Shown here piece after piece: positions 14,278-27,242 of a stretch of DNA of 64,000 nt; the first letter of the stretch is position 1, and every line of letters begins with the position of its first letter. The notes under the pieces were generated by a model. The model saw nothing but the letters and a program-made list of their open reading frames with translations. It searched no databases and was not told the origin of the DNA. The translations under genes were made by a program, and so were the position numbers. Source of the DNA: the human T2T-CHM13v2.0 reference genome, Homo sapiens; the NCBI RefSeq assembly GCF_009914755.1, contig NC_060931.1. The stretch is one strand, 5' to 3'.

Positions 14278-14432
14278 GTATGCCATAGTTTTTCTTTTTC
14301 AATTGGAATGTGTTTGAGTTCTCCTAGTTAATTTTTGTTGATTTTTCATGTTTTAAAACATAGTATCAAACATTAATTTATCATATCCCAAGTAGTAAAT
14401 TGGTTACTCATCTACTCTTGTTGCATTAACAG

Positions 14433-14606
14433 GCAGTACAGTGTCAAAATGAGGATTGTGCTACTATTCTTCTAAACTTTGGTGCAGACCCAGATCTGAG
14501 GGATATTCGTTATAATACTGTTCTTCACTATGCTGTTTGTGGTCAAAGTTTGTCATTAGTTGAAAAACTGCTTGAATACGAAGCTGATCTTGAAGCGAAA
14601 AATAAG
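14433..14606 (+). CDS. ANKRD7: ANKRD7 coding exon 3 (AVQCQNEDCATILLNFGADPDLRDIRYNTVLHYAVCGQSLSLVEKLLEYEADLEAKNK)
   Basis: Acceptor ttaacag| and donor AAG|gtagtt; 174 nt; ankyrin motifs; follows a short 155-nt intron. Confidence 0.96.
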
Positions 14607-15063
14607 GTAGTTTTCTATTAAAGAAAAAAATCCTGTATTTTAGAAAGCAACTGAAGAGCATATTTCAGATAATTCATCTATGTTGAAATATATGTTATAT
14701 AAAGCATGAATTTTCCAAACTAAAATTGGGGAGAAAGAGAAGAGATTATCAAAAACTGATAAAATATTTCTTCTCTTGAACTCTTTCTATATTTTATTGC
14801 AGATTGTAATCCTGACCTCCAAAGAAACACTATATTTAACAACTATAATTGTTTAACAGGCCATAACAAATGAGGAATATTTAATTCTCTTATAACTGGG
14901 TATTGATAAAAATCATAAAACCCACCTTTTTTCTATTTTATTGATATACTCATGAATAATAATAACAGGGTTGAAATAGCAAATGACACAATATTAAAAT
15001 TAATCTAACTCTTCTATTGAGGCATTATGAATAGCCGATGAATTTTTTTAAAAAGTGTATTGA

Positions 15064-15493
<430 letters not shown>

Positions 15494-15772
15494 TTACATT
15501 AAATGCTAAGTGCTCATCACTTACTTATTCTAGGCTGCTCTTACCTACAATTTGAATTAAGCCTAAAACAGGAACTTAAATTTTTTTGTCTGGCTCAACC
15601 CTGATTTGTTTTCTTGGTCTTTGAAATCACATTTTTTTATGTATTAAAATCTTTTAAGAGTTAAAGTGTATATTCAGAAGTTCTTATGCACACATATTTT
15701 AAGTTGAACTTAAATCTAAAGAGCATGAAAATTTGCTACAATATTTTAATCATTTTTAAATATTTTTTTCAG

Positions 15773-15879
15773 GATGGGTATACTCCACTATTAGTTGCCG
15801 TTATTAACAATAATCCAAAAATGGTAAAATTTCTTCTGGAGAAAGGGGCTGATGTGAATGCTTCAGATAATTATCAAAG
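15773..15879 (+). CDS. ANKRD7: ANKRD7 coding exon 4 (DGYTPLLVAVINNNPKMVKFLLEKGADVNASDNYQ-R)
   Basis: Acceptor tttttttcag| and donor AAG|gtataa; 107 nt; ankyrin GYTPL...LLEKGADVNA. Confidence 0.96.
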
Positions 15880-15927
15880 GTATAATTAATAAATAAGATA
15901 GCACATAACTAAAGCTACCTGATAGGA

Positions 15928-15939
15928 TTGTGTGTGTGC

Positions 15940-15971
<32 letters not shown>
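15928..15971. repeat. (TG)n microsatellite just downstream of exon 4
   Basis: Direct reading. Confidence 0.9.
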
Positions 15972-15973
<2 letters not shown>

Positions 15974-16521
15974 ACAAAACACAATATATATGATATTGGG
16001 AAAATATAGAACCATAAGACCCGTAGGATGTATGCTCACATGCTTTTGGACAGATTACCTAAACTTTTAGGATTTATTTTTCCCTTTGTAAAATCAAACA
16101 GTTGGGCCAGGTATTAACTGGTTATTATTATTATTTATCATTTATTATTAGAATTTAACATTAGACTCTTACATAGATGACCAACTGTTGTAGTTAAATG
16201 GGGTCAGGGGACCCAAAGTCCCAAGACACATTCCTTCATGGAATTTTGAGACATATTTTTGAAAACACTAGGCTTCCAGGAAGAAGAGATTGAAAATGAT
16301 TGAGCTAGCTGCTTCCTAGGTACTGTTCATGTTTAGACTCCATGATATGATCTGTGACTGGCACACTTTTTTGAGCAGATCTGCTGTATTTTTTACATTG
16401 TTGCTTTGACTCTTTCTGATAGAGGCCCTACATTTGAGTAGTAAATTGAGAAGACTGAATTTTTAAAATTAGGCATGTTTAAGATCTTTACATGGGCATT
16501 CATTTCTATCTCTTGCTCCAG

Positions 16522-16658
16522 AACAGCCCTTATTCTTGCTGTCAGTGGTGAACCACCATGTTTAGTAAAGCTTCTTCTTCAGCAAGGTGTGGAATTATGT
16601 TACGAAGGTATTGTGGATTCACAGCTGAGGAATATGTTTATTTCCATGGTTTTACTGC
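16522..16658 (+). CDS. ANKRD7: ANKRD7 coding exon 5 (R-TALILAVSGEPPCLVKLLLQQGVELCYEGIVDSQLRNMFISMVLL-H)
   Basis: Acceptor ttgctccag| and donor TGC|gtaagt; 137 nt; ankyrin TALILAV. Confidence 0.93.
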
Positions 16659-18577
16659 GTAAGTGATACTGCATGTCTTTTAACAACTGTATGGGGTTTG
16701 ATTATAAGGATCAAAGCCTAAGCCCCAAAGTACAAGGCTGGAATAGGCTCAACAGTAGGGGTAACCACATACAAATCTGTGCAGGGATTCTTGATTTTCT
16801 CTGTTTGTGGGTTCAATCAATATAAGGGCTACAGATGGGCTGAATATGCAAATAAACTACCAGAGGCAGGAGCATTGGAAGTGTGCCAGGGTAGGGATTT
16901 AGACACTTGTAACATAGCCATTAATAAAACATATAGGTGATAGAGTTGGACAAAAGATGATTCATTCACACAAAGCCTTTCATTGCCTTTAGATATTATT
17001 AATATATGGATTGTATTCATGTTTTGAATATTATTGTTAACATTTCATTAGCTAACCTTAGTTTGGTAAGTGTTCAGAATTCTAAAGTACACTCTATTTA
17101 CACCCAAAAGAAAAACTATTTTCATGTATGAATACAAAGTTCTGATTTTTAATAGTTAATGAGAAAATTAGATACGATGTACAAAAATTTAATTTATAGC
17201 TTATGAATTTAACTTATAGATAATTTGTAGCTAACTTAATTTACAGCTTAATGAAGTTAAATAACATACAAGGTATTTTCTCTATAATTTTATTTTAAGA
17301 GCAATTTAAAATTATAAGTAGGTATTTTTTCAGTTTTTATTATTCTTCTTCCACTGCTTTATTCACATTTTAGGAATACTTTTTAATCATTAATTCCATA
17401 TGAAAAGCATAGGTGGGAGGGAAGAAAAATAATCACATATACATACAGATGTTTAGTCTTAATTTAACTTTAGACACAAAAGAATTTTTATTCTATTAAA
17501 TGCATGAACCATAATTGAGTAAATATAATATTTTCATCTTCGTAATACAGAACGTGTACTTTGTTTTACTTTGGTTTAAGCAGACCATATGCATAAAATC
17601 TTAATGAAATAAACATGTAAATTATTGGTGAATATCCAAACTATAAAAGGATTCTTCACTCTACAAAAGTGATCCCTAATGTTTCTTTTATGTATGATTT
17701 TTTTCCATCACTTAAAAAGCTTAGGTATATGAAACTAGAAGACACATGTATCTGTTTAGTAATGTATCTATTGGTCAAAAACAGAACTTGTATATTTAAA
17801 ATACTTATTTACATATATGTAAGCAAGTCTCATGAAGGCATTATTGGATAGTTTGATGAGAAGGAAATCTTACAATCTTCCTTTATCTCCCCCAAATGGC
17901 TTTTAGAACAGAAAATTCTTTTTGTAGATTGCTCCATCATTAATTTTAAAATACAAACATATTGACCATGAAGTTTTTGTCCTCTTAATAGATTCATATT
18001 TTCAATGTCGAAAATTGTAAGAGAATTACATTTTTTTTTCTTTTTTTTCAAAGAGGTGAGAGGGAAGAAAAGCAACTTCCTAATGATTAAGCAATTACCT
18101 CTGGGATGTGGAAATGATCAACATTTAATAACAATTGCAAGTGACTCTTCAAAACTACAATCTTGTCCTTTCACAGTATTTGCCCCTCTTTGCAGTGGGA
18201 ACTAAGCTTTCTGTAATTGTGACTTTTGTTGCTCAAGTAGCTGTTGCCTATGTAACGTACTTAAGAATGTGCTGCTTCATAACATCATTTGTTGGCTCTC
18301 TATGTAGATTCTATGGCTTAGTAAAGTGGAAGCATAGACAATATTCCTCATAGTTTTAAAAAATTAGTGAAACACTTCCAAATGAAGGAATTATATTTAA
18401 GTATTTATTTTATGGTTAGCCATAACCCATGCATTTCTTCATTTCTCTCATTAAAATTCAGAAGCCATATGGCTCTTTTCTGTCATGGAGCAAAAGTATA
18501 TTCATCACTGGGTGTGTTTCAGTCCCTGACTGAGTTAATTGTCTTCACTTTGTTAATTTACTATTAAACCTGAGAGC

Positions 18578-19366
18578 TGTGGGCTGAATTTCCCCCTAAA
18601 ATTCACACGTGAAAGCCGTGGCCTAGTACCTGTGAATGTGACCATTTTTGGAGATAGAGCCTTTAAAGGGGTGATTAAGTTAAAGTGAGGCCAATAGGGT
18701 TGGCCCTAATTTAATTTCTAACCTGGGTCCTTATAAAAAGGGGAGGTTAGAACATGCAGAGAGACACAGGGGTGCTCATGCTCAGAGGGATGACTTATAT
18801 GAAAAGGCCAGTCATCTAAAGGGCAGTCACCTAAAGCAGGTGTCCTTAACCCCTGGGCCATGGCCCAGACCTGGTCCTTGGCCTGTTAGGAATGGGGCAG
18901 CACAGCAGGAGGTGAGCTGCAGGCCAGCAAGCAATGCCGCCTGAGCTCCGCCTCCTGTCAGATAAGCAGAGGCTTTGGGTTCTCATAGGAGCACAAACCC
19001 TCTTGTGAACCGCTTTGCAAAGGATCTAGTTTGTGGTCTCCTTATGAGAATCTAACTAGTGCTTGATGATATCAGGTGGAACAGTTTCATCCTGAAACAC
19101 CCCTGTCCCCCTACTTCTGTGGAAAAATTGCCTTCCACAATGTCAGTCCCTGGTGCCAAAAAGGTTGGGGATCTCTAATCTAAAGAACAGTTATCTAAAA
19201 GGCAAATAAATGCCTGGGACAGATTTTCCCTTAAGGACCTCAGAGAAAGCCTACCCCACTGGCACCTCAATAAATGTGCAGCCGACAGAACCATGAGAAA
19301 ATTAGTTTCTGTTTAAGCTGCCCCATTTGTGGTGTTTTGTTATGGCACCTCTAGCAAATGAATACA
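18578..19366 (+). mobile_element. MLT1-type MaLR solo LTR interrupted by MER1B
   Basis: tgtgggctgaatt...gtgattaagttaaagtgagg... ending gcaaatgaataca. Confidence 0.7.
18837..19177. mobile_element. MER1B (hAT-Charlie MITE)
   Basis: cagg...ggtgccaaaaaggttgggga; 8-bp TSD acctaaag/atctaaag. Confidence 0.85.
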
Positions 19367-19640
19367 CCAACTATAAATTAAAGCCATTTTTACTATCTTG
19401 ATAGTGGCTTTTAAAAAAATCATATTTGTGATAGCAGGAAGAAAAGAGGTGCCAGAGAATGGGAGTACATGAAATAAAAGTGGTGTCTGTTGACAGAGTT
19501 GGCTCAAGAGGAAGCTTGTCCTCAAGTGTGTTACATTCTTGGGGCAGCATTGGCTGGTACCTAAGGTTTTGATTTGATACTTATATGTTAGGAATTAAAT
19601 TTCTATGCATGCTGGCATTCACACGTAATTTCCTTTATAG

Positions 19641-19693
19641 ATAGATACCCACAATTCACTGCGAGCCATGGAAAGAAGAAACATGCTAAATAG
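19641..19693 (+). CDS. ANKRD7: ANKRD7 coding part of exon 6 (H-RYPQFTASHGKKKHAK*); exon continues as 3'UTR to 19730
   Basis: Acceptor tcctttatag|; stop TAG 19691-19693; summed CDS 179+115+174+107+137+53=765 nt = 254 aa; strong donor AAG|gtaaga at 19731. Confidence 0.88.
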
Positions 19694-19880
19694 ACACCTT
19701 ATTCTTGGCACTACATGTGACTAAAGGAAGGTAAGATTGCTAACTGGATTAGTGTTTTTTTCTTGTTGCTTTTTATTTGTTAATTTTTTAGGAAAGGAAA
19801 CAACTTTCTTAAGTAACATTTAATTTTAAAATGGAAATTTTGTATTATTTTGAAATGTCAAATATTTTTAAGAACTATTC

Positions 19881-20259
19881 TTTTTTATTTATTTATTTAT
19901 TTATTTATTATACTTTAAGTTTTAGGGTACATGTGCACATTGTGCAGGTTAGTTACATATGTATACATGTGCCATGCTGGTGCACTGCACCCACTAACTC
20001 GTCATCTAGCATTAGGTATATCTCCCAGTGCTATCCTTCCCCCCTCCCCCCACCTCACAACAGTCCCCAGAGTGTGATATTCCCCTTCCTGTGTCCATGT
20101 GATCTCATTGTTCAATTCCCACCTATGAGTGAGAATATGCGGTGTTTGGTTTTTTGTTCTTGCGATAGTTTACTGAGAATGATGTTTTCCAATTTCATCC
20201 ATCTCCCTACAAAGGACATGAACTCATCATTTTTTATGGCTGCATAGTATTCCATGGTG
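19881..20259 (-). mobile_element. Young 5'-truncated L1 3' end (L1PA2-like), intron 6
   Basis: Close to the young L1 3'UTR; sense reads GATGACGAGTTAG (GAG, not Ta ACA); (TTTA)n tail. Confidence 0.88.
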
Positions 20260-20604
20260 AATATTTGTGATTAAAATATTCTGACACTGTGTTGGCTGAA
20301 AATGTAAAGATGTAATGTAAAAATATGCTTAATGATTAAGATCATTTTTTAACCCATTGTCTCATGTCTAGCTATAAAAAACAAAATTTTTGCACATATA
20401 TATTTTAATAGATGAAAAACTATCATAAAAATTTTAATTTTATTGTAAAAATACATTAAGCACTGTTGATAGTAGTTAATATAAGATATACGAATTAATT
20501 ATATAAAATTTTAAAGAAAGTAACAATATTTGTAAAGAATTGAATTTACTGTGCATCAACTAAAATAAAATTTTGTTATTCATTTTCAAGAATATATAGT
20601 TATT

Positions 20605-20919
<315 letters not shown>

Positions 20920-21232
20920 GAATATATAGTTATTTAGGTCTGTAAAAATTAGCTTTTATTGACAAGTATGTTTTACACTGACTTTTGTTGGATGAGAGAA
21001 AAACTTTTAGAACTCTCCTCTGTATTCACTAGCAAGCAGACTCCTCCACTACAATTCACCCCCAGTGTAAAATGGAAGAAAATAAAAAGGACATAGAAGG
21101 AGTGTGGAGGCAATAGAAGATCATATAAATTCTCAACTATTCAAGCCCTCTCCATCCCCCATCCCCACAAATCTATAGTGATAATGCTTACAACAATGTT
21201 TGGTCCTATCAATTCCAGGTGAATAAACTTAG

Positions 21233-21581
<349 letters not shown>

Positions 21582-22091
21582 CTCTGAATTACTCTTAATG
21601 TATACTCTTATTTCCTCTTCTCCTGCACCTCTCTCTCTCTTTTAAATGTCTGTGCAGCTCTAAGAAGTGAAGAATTTCTGTGATTTACACTTCGTTTCTT
21701 AAGGGAACTAAAGCAGTAGAAACTACAGAAAAATCATTGCTACATTTTGAGTGCCTCTTGAGGGTAGACATTTAAAACCAGGCTCACTCATTTTATTTTG
21801 GCAAGTTTGTTCACAGTTCATAGTGAAATGTTAATCTTAATTAATGTTTTAAAGCGTAGATTTATTGTGTCAAGAAAATTACCAAAAGATGTTGCAAAAA
21901 TGGTGAACATAAAAAGTTATATTTCTGTCAAATTCAAAAGAGACTACTTAATTATTTAAAAATTACTATTAGATATAGAAATGCTAAATTATAATTGTGT
22001 TGTAGCTGAGGCATATAATTTAAGAAATACATGTAGAAATGGAAATATTTGGACGTAAGTGAAGACATTATAAATATCATTTGTTTCCTAG

Positions 22092-22430
22092 ATATGGAAC
22101 CCATTTCTACAATTTCTTTGCCGCTTCCTTGAATTGGAAAAATGTACTTTGAAAGAACCGTTAAGTGAACTATTATAATATTTTTGCTGACTACCCAGTT
22201 GAAGAAAAGTTTGTTAATTGGATGGGATTTTTTTTTTTCACGTTAGAAGACATGAAGAAATTTTAAAAGATAAACATCTATATTGTGAACCATCAGCTGA
22301 AAAGATAAATTTGTGTTCAATATATAGGCAGAAAAAAATTTGTGTCAAAATGTTGAATGGAATAATAATGAGGAAACTGTGTTAGGCATGTATTAAAACA
22401 TTTAAATAAAATAAAAATACATTTCAGCTA
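22092..22430 (+). other. ANKRD7: ANKRD7 terminal non-coding exon (3'UTR); 3' end approximate
   Basis: Acceptor ttgtttcctag| ending 22091; unique sequence leading to overlapping AATAAA signals; needed to receive the exon 6 donor. Confidence 0.7.
22405..22415 (+). terminator. Polyadenylation signals (overlapping AATAAA x2)
   Basis: AATAAAATAAA at the end of the putative last exon. Confidence 0.7.
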
Positions 22431-23492
22431 CAAAGTGAAGGAAAACATTATAAATAATCCTGTATAAATCAAAATTATGTTTTATTTACAAGTATTTTCA
22501 CTGGTAAAACCTTTTTGATTTTTTAGAAACACTACAGTACTATAATATATATTCGGAAAACTTGGGTATTATAGAAAAGAAAAAAGAAAATGCATCACTC
22601 AAAGTCTCATTACCCAAACAAAACATTTGTTAAATTTTTGGCATGTTTTGTAGTATTTTAAAATTTGCTTAGTTTTTTTTTCCTCAAAGAGAATTTCCAG
22701 TTTTACATTTTTCTTCTTGAAAACACAATACATTGTCCACAGTTTTCACTGTGCTCTTTGCTATAGCTTAAACACATCAAGTGTGGTCTGGCTTCAGAAC
22801 AGTTCCCTATAAGACCCTTTTTCCTTTAGTTATTGCCTAGGACAACTCCTCATGGGACCTCAGTCACTGCTCTGTCATTCTGTCACTTACAAGGCACTAC
22901 TCTCTTCTTGCATTTTGGAATTAAAACTCCATGAGGGCTTGAACTTTTTGTTCCCTACTACTTGTAAAATGCCTGATGTATAGTAGATATTCAATTTGCT
23001 GAATAATAAGTGATACTTGTCAGGCCCTGTTCCAGTAACTTTACATGTCTTACCTCATGATCTTTGCACAGTTTTGTTGAGGTAGGAAGTATTTATATCC
23101 TCATTTTAAGATGAGAACATTGAGGTGCAACATGGTTCAATGACTTGCTTGAGGTTACTGAGCTAGAACACTGGGAGCTGGTGTATAAACCCATGCTCTC
23201 TGGATTTGAACCTAGCCAGTCCCATGCCAGAATTTGTACCATAAACCAATATGCCATGTCATTTCTCTCATGAATGAATGTATATCATCCTTGTAAGCTC
23301 TACTTTTAATGGCTCAGAAGGAAGATTTTCTTTGAAATTGAAACTTGTTTAAACCACTCTTTTATTTAAGTATGTTTGTTTCACTTATTTCTAGCACTAG
23401 GTGATATTGAAGAGCTAAAATGGAGGGGGAAAAAAACCAGACAATTCCTGACTTCAAGTCAACAAACATTTAATTTCTGCTATGGTTTCAAT

Positions 23493-23672
23493 CAGTGATT
23501 CTTAACTGGGAGCAATTTTGACCCCAGGGGATATTTGGCAATGTCTGCTGAGATTTTTGATTGTCAAGACTGAGAATCAATACTGCTAAATATCCTGTCA
23601 TGCATGGGACTGTCCCCACAACAAGTAATTGTCTGGCCCCAAATGTCAACAGTTTCACGGCTGAGAACTCTG
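23493..23672. mobile_element. MER20 (hAT-Charlie)
   Basis: cagtgattcttaactggg...ggccccaaatgtcaacag...gagaactctg. Confidence 0.7.
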
Positions 23673-24056
23673 ATCTAGATTCTATATTATATGCTGGGGA
23701 CCAAAGATGAAAAAGATGTTTTTATATACTCTGCCTTAAATGAGCTCACAAATGTTTAGTTTCCCCACTCCCAGTCTTTATGAGAGTTAGAACATGTGTA
23801 ATGTACCTTTGCCATTAGCAGAAAAGGAGGGAGTGGTAAACCTAGCGTAGATTAGGGAGGGTCAGGGGTGATTTCAGCTAAAAAGGAACTTTTTGGCTGG
23901 GCTCATAGAATAAGTAGGGTTTCTCTAGGTCTCCCAATCAAAACTTAGTAAACCATAATAAAAAGTTCATAATAGAGGCAGAAGCTAAACACCCAAGAAT
24001 CAGAGGAGAGAGGAAGTTACCACAAGGTTAACATTGGTGGGGTAGATGAGATTTTA

Positions 24057-24400
<344 letters not shown>

Positions 24401-25513
24401 TAAATTAGGTGGAATGAAGAACTTTGCGTATTTTATAATAGAATTTGTGTTGACTACTCTTTGGGGAAAATGTGTACTCTAAAATGGTATGCTGTAGTGC
24501 AGATGTAGTGCACAGATATTTGATCTGATTTTGCCAGCTCTGCTTCTCCATTACTGTTACATCTCTAGGAACAATTTTGTGAATTCTCTCAAGTATTTCA
24601 ATTCTTAGAATATTGTCAACTTGTGAATTACTTTTTAGTGTGCCTGGTAATATCTAAAACAGAACAAATTTACTTTTCCTTTAAGAAGTTTAACAACAGA
24701 AAACAACTATTTAATACATACCCAACTTTAGGTAAACATGTACACTTCCTTTAAGCAACCATATAAGTAGACTACTTTTCTCACTCATGTGGACAGCTAG
24801 GAGAAATACATTTCTTCATGAATGATCTCTTCCCCTAACCAACTTAGAGTTATGGCATAAAGTTGTGCAGATTTAGAGCACCCTCGTGGAGGGAGTGATG
24901 CTGACTAAACCATGTGCTTTGACACAAGTCTGTCAAAGAAAGGGCACATTTTTCTAATTTTTCAAAGGTAAGTGGAAGTGACACGTTGCCTTTTTTTTTC
25001 TTATCAGAAGCCCATCACCCTCTTGCACTCTTGCCATCCTCCCCAAGGAGAGCATGTTAGATAGCAGCTACTTCTCCAGCCTTGGTCTCCCAATGAGACA
25101 CACATGGGGCATGTCTGAATTAAGCCCAGCTGAAAAGAGGAACCCTGCCGGGCTCAGCAGAGCCACAGCCAGTACTCAAAAGAAAGAAATAAATGTTTGG
25201 CATTTAAACCACTGATACTGTGAGACTGTTTATTGTCCCCAGCAAAAAGATGACTGATAACAGAAATCATGGGGTCAGCTTGTCAGATCAACAGTGTGCA
25301 TCTCACTTGTGGTGTGCTTACCCACTTTCATTCTCTAGAAATAAAGCCTCTCCCCACAAAAGATTCTTTTACTAGCTGCAAGGAAAACCATTTCATGTGT
25401 TACATAGATGATGCTTTTATTCTGAAGTCTTTACTGAGATTTAATGAATCATACGTTTACATAATCACTTTTTTGCTTTGAAAGAAATACCTGACATTGC
25501 TTTCCTAAGGAGT

Positions 25514-25998
25514 TCTATTAGTTTGCTATTGTTGCTGTAACAAACTACCACAAATGCAGTGACTTGAAACAACACAAATGGATTATCTTACAGTTTTGGA
25601 GGTCAGAAGTAAAAAGTGGATCTAGGGGGGTAACCACAAGATGTTGGCAGGATGTGTTCCTTTCTGGAGGCTTTGGGGGAGAGTTTGTTTCCTTGCCTTT
25701 TGTAGCATCTAAATGCTGCCCACAATCCTTGGCTCCTGATCCCCAGCAATTATATCACTCTGACCTCTGCTTCTGTCCTCAAATCTTCTCTGACTTTCCT
25801 GCCTCCTCCTTTCACTTATAAAGATGCTTGTGATTACATTCAGTCCACTTGGAAAATCCGTGATAGCCTGCCTCCCATCTTGAAACTCTTAATCTAATCA
25901 CATCTTTACATCATTTTTGCCTTTTAAAATAACATATTCCCAGGTTCTGGGCATTAGGATATGGATATCTTTGACAGGCCATTATTCTGCTACCCACA
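25514..25998 (-). mobile_element. MLT1-type MaLR LTR
   Basis: tattagtttgctattgttgctgtaacaaactaccacaaa...ggccattattctgctacccaca. Confidence 0.7.
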
Positions 25999-26572
25999 GG
26001 TGCAGTGGAGTGGATTGGAGATTACTTACTGATTTTATTTTAAATTTTGAAACAATCTCAAACTTAGAGAAAAATTATCTTCTCAGTACAATTTTTTTTT
26101 CTGAACCATTGTGTGAGTTGCTGACCTTATGTTGTATCACCCCTAAGACTTTTGTCTGTATTTTCCTCGAACAAGAAGATTCTTCTGCATAATCACAATA
26201 TAACCATCTAAATTGGGGATGGTTATAAACTCTTAATCTAATCACATCTTTCCATCATTTTTGCCTTTTAAAATAACATATTCCCAGGTTCTGGGCATTA
26301 GGATATGGATATCTTTGACAGGCCATTATTCTGCTACCCACAGGTGCAGTGGAGTGGATTGGAGATTACTTACTGATTTTATTTTAAATTTTGAAACAAT
26401 CTTAAACTTAGAGAAAAATTGTCTTCTCAGTACAATTTTTTTTTTCTGAACCATTGTGTGAGTTGCCGACCTTATGTTGTATCACCCCTAAGACTTTTGT
26501 GTGTATTTTCCTCGAACAAGAACATTCTTCTGCATAATCACAATATAACCATCTAAATTGGGGAATGGTTAA
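25883..26572. repeat. Head-to-tail tandem duplication of a 344-bp unit
   Basis: Copies start at 25883 and 26227; about 8 differences by manual comparison; twin ORFs 25917 and 26261. Confidence 0.95.
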
Positions 26573-27242
26573 TATTGATACAATACTAACATACACTTCT
26601 CAGATTTCATTCATATTTTCCCAAATGATCCAATAATGTTCTTTATAGCAAAATAATCAAATATTGCCTCTATCATGTCTCTTGATTCTCCTTAATTTTT
26701 CAATAAATATTTGGTATTTCATTCATTTTTATGACCTTGACACTTTAGGAATTATAAGCCAGTTGTTTGATAGGATGTTCTGATTTTGAGTTTGGTAATT
26801 CTTTATGATTGGATCCATGTTATGGGTGTTTCGTAAAATTATCTCAGAAGTGTTGTTACATCCTCTCTTGTGCCACACCATTTCAATTTGCAGTTTACTT
26901 TGATCACTGGATTAAGGTGGTATTGTCAGCCAGCCTTCTGCAATGTAAAGTTGCTCTTTTTTTTTTCTGTTTGTAATAATATGTATCTTGTGGAGAGGTA
27001 TTTTGAAACAATGTAAAGATCCTGACCCTCATTACATTTTCCATTCGTTTATATGAACTTGAATTCGTAGTTTCGTATTTCAGTGGATTGTGTAACTTAA
27101 TTTGATGCTCAAATTTTCTCAGAGTTGCATGTCTAATTTTTTTTTTGGTGAAAGACTGGACATTCTAGAGAATATATTTAGCAATTCTGGCTTCTGTTTT
27201 ATTTTTCTGAGGGACTTTTTTTCCTGAGAGATTTCTTAAAGC

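Noticed and set aside
19881-20259. Possible active-lineage L1HS-Ta insertion
   Set aside because: Diagnostic positions read GAG and CTTAAAG, not the Ta ACA and CTTAGAG.
25917-26449. Twin ORFs suggesting a duplicated small gene
   Set aside because: Non-ATG starts inside LTR/L1-derived sequence; a by-product of the 344-bp duplication.
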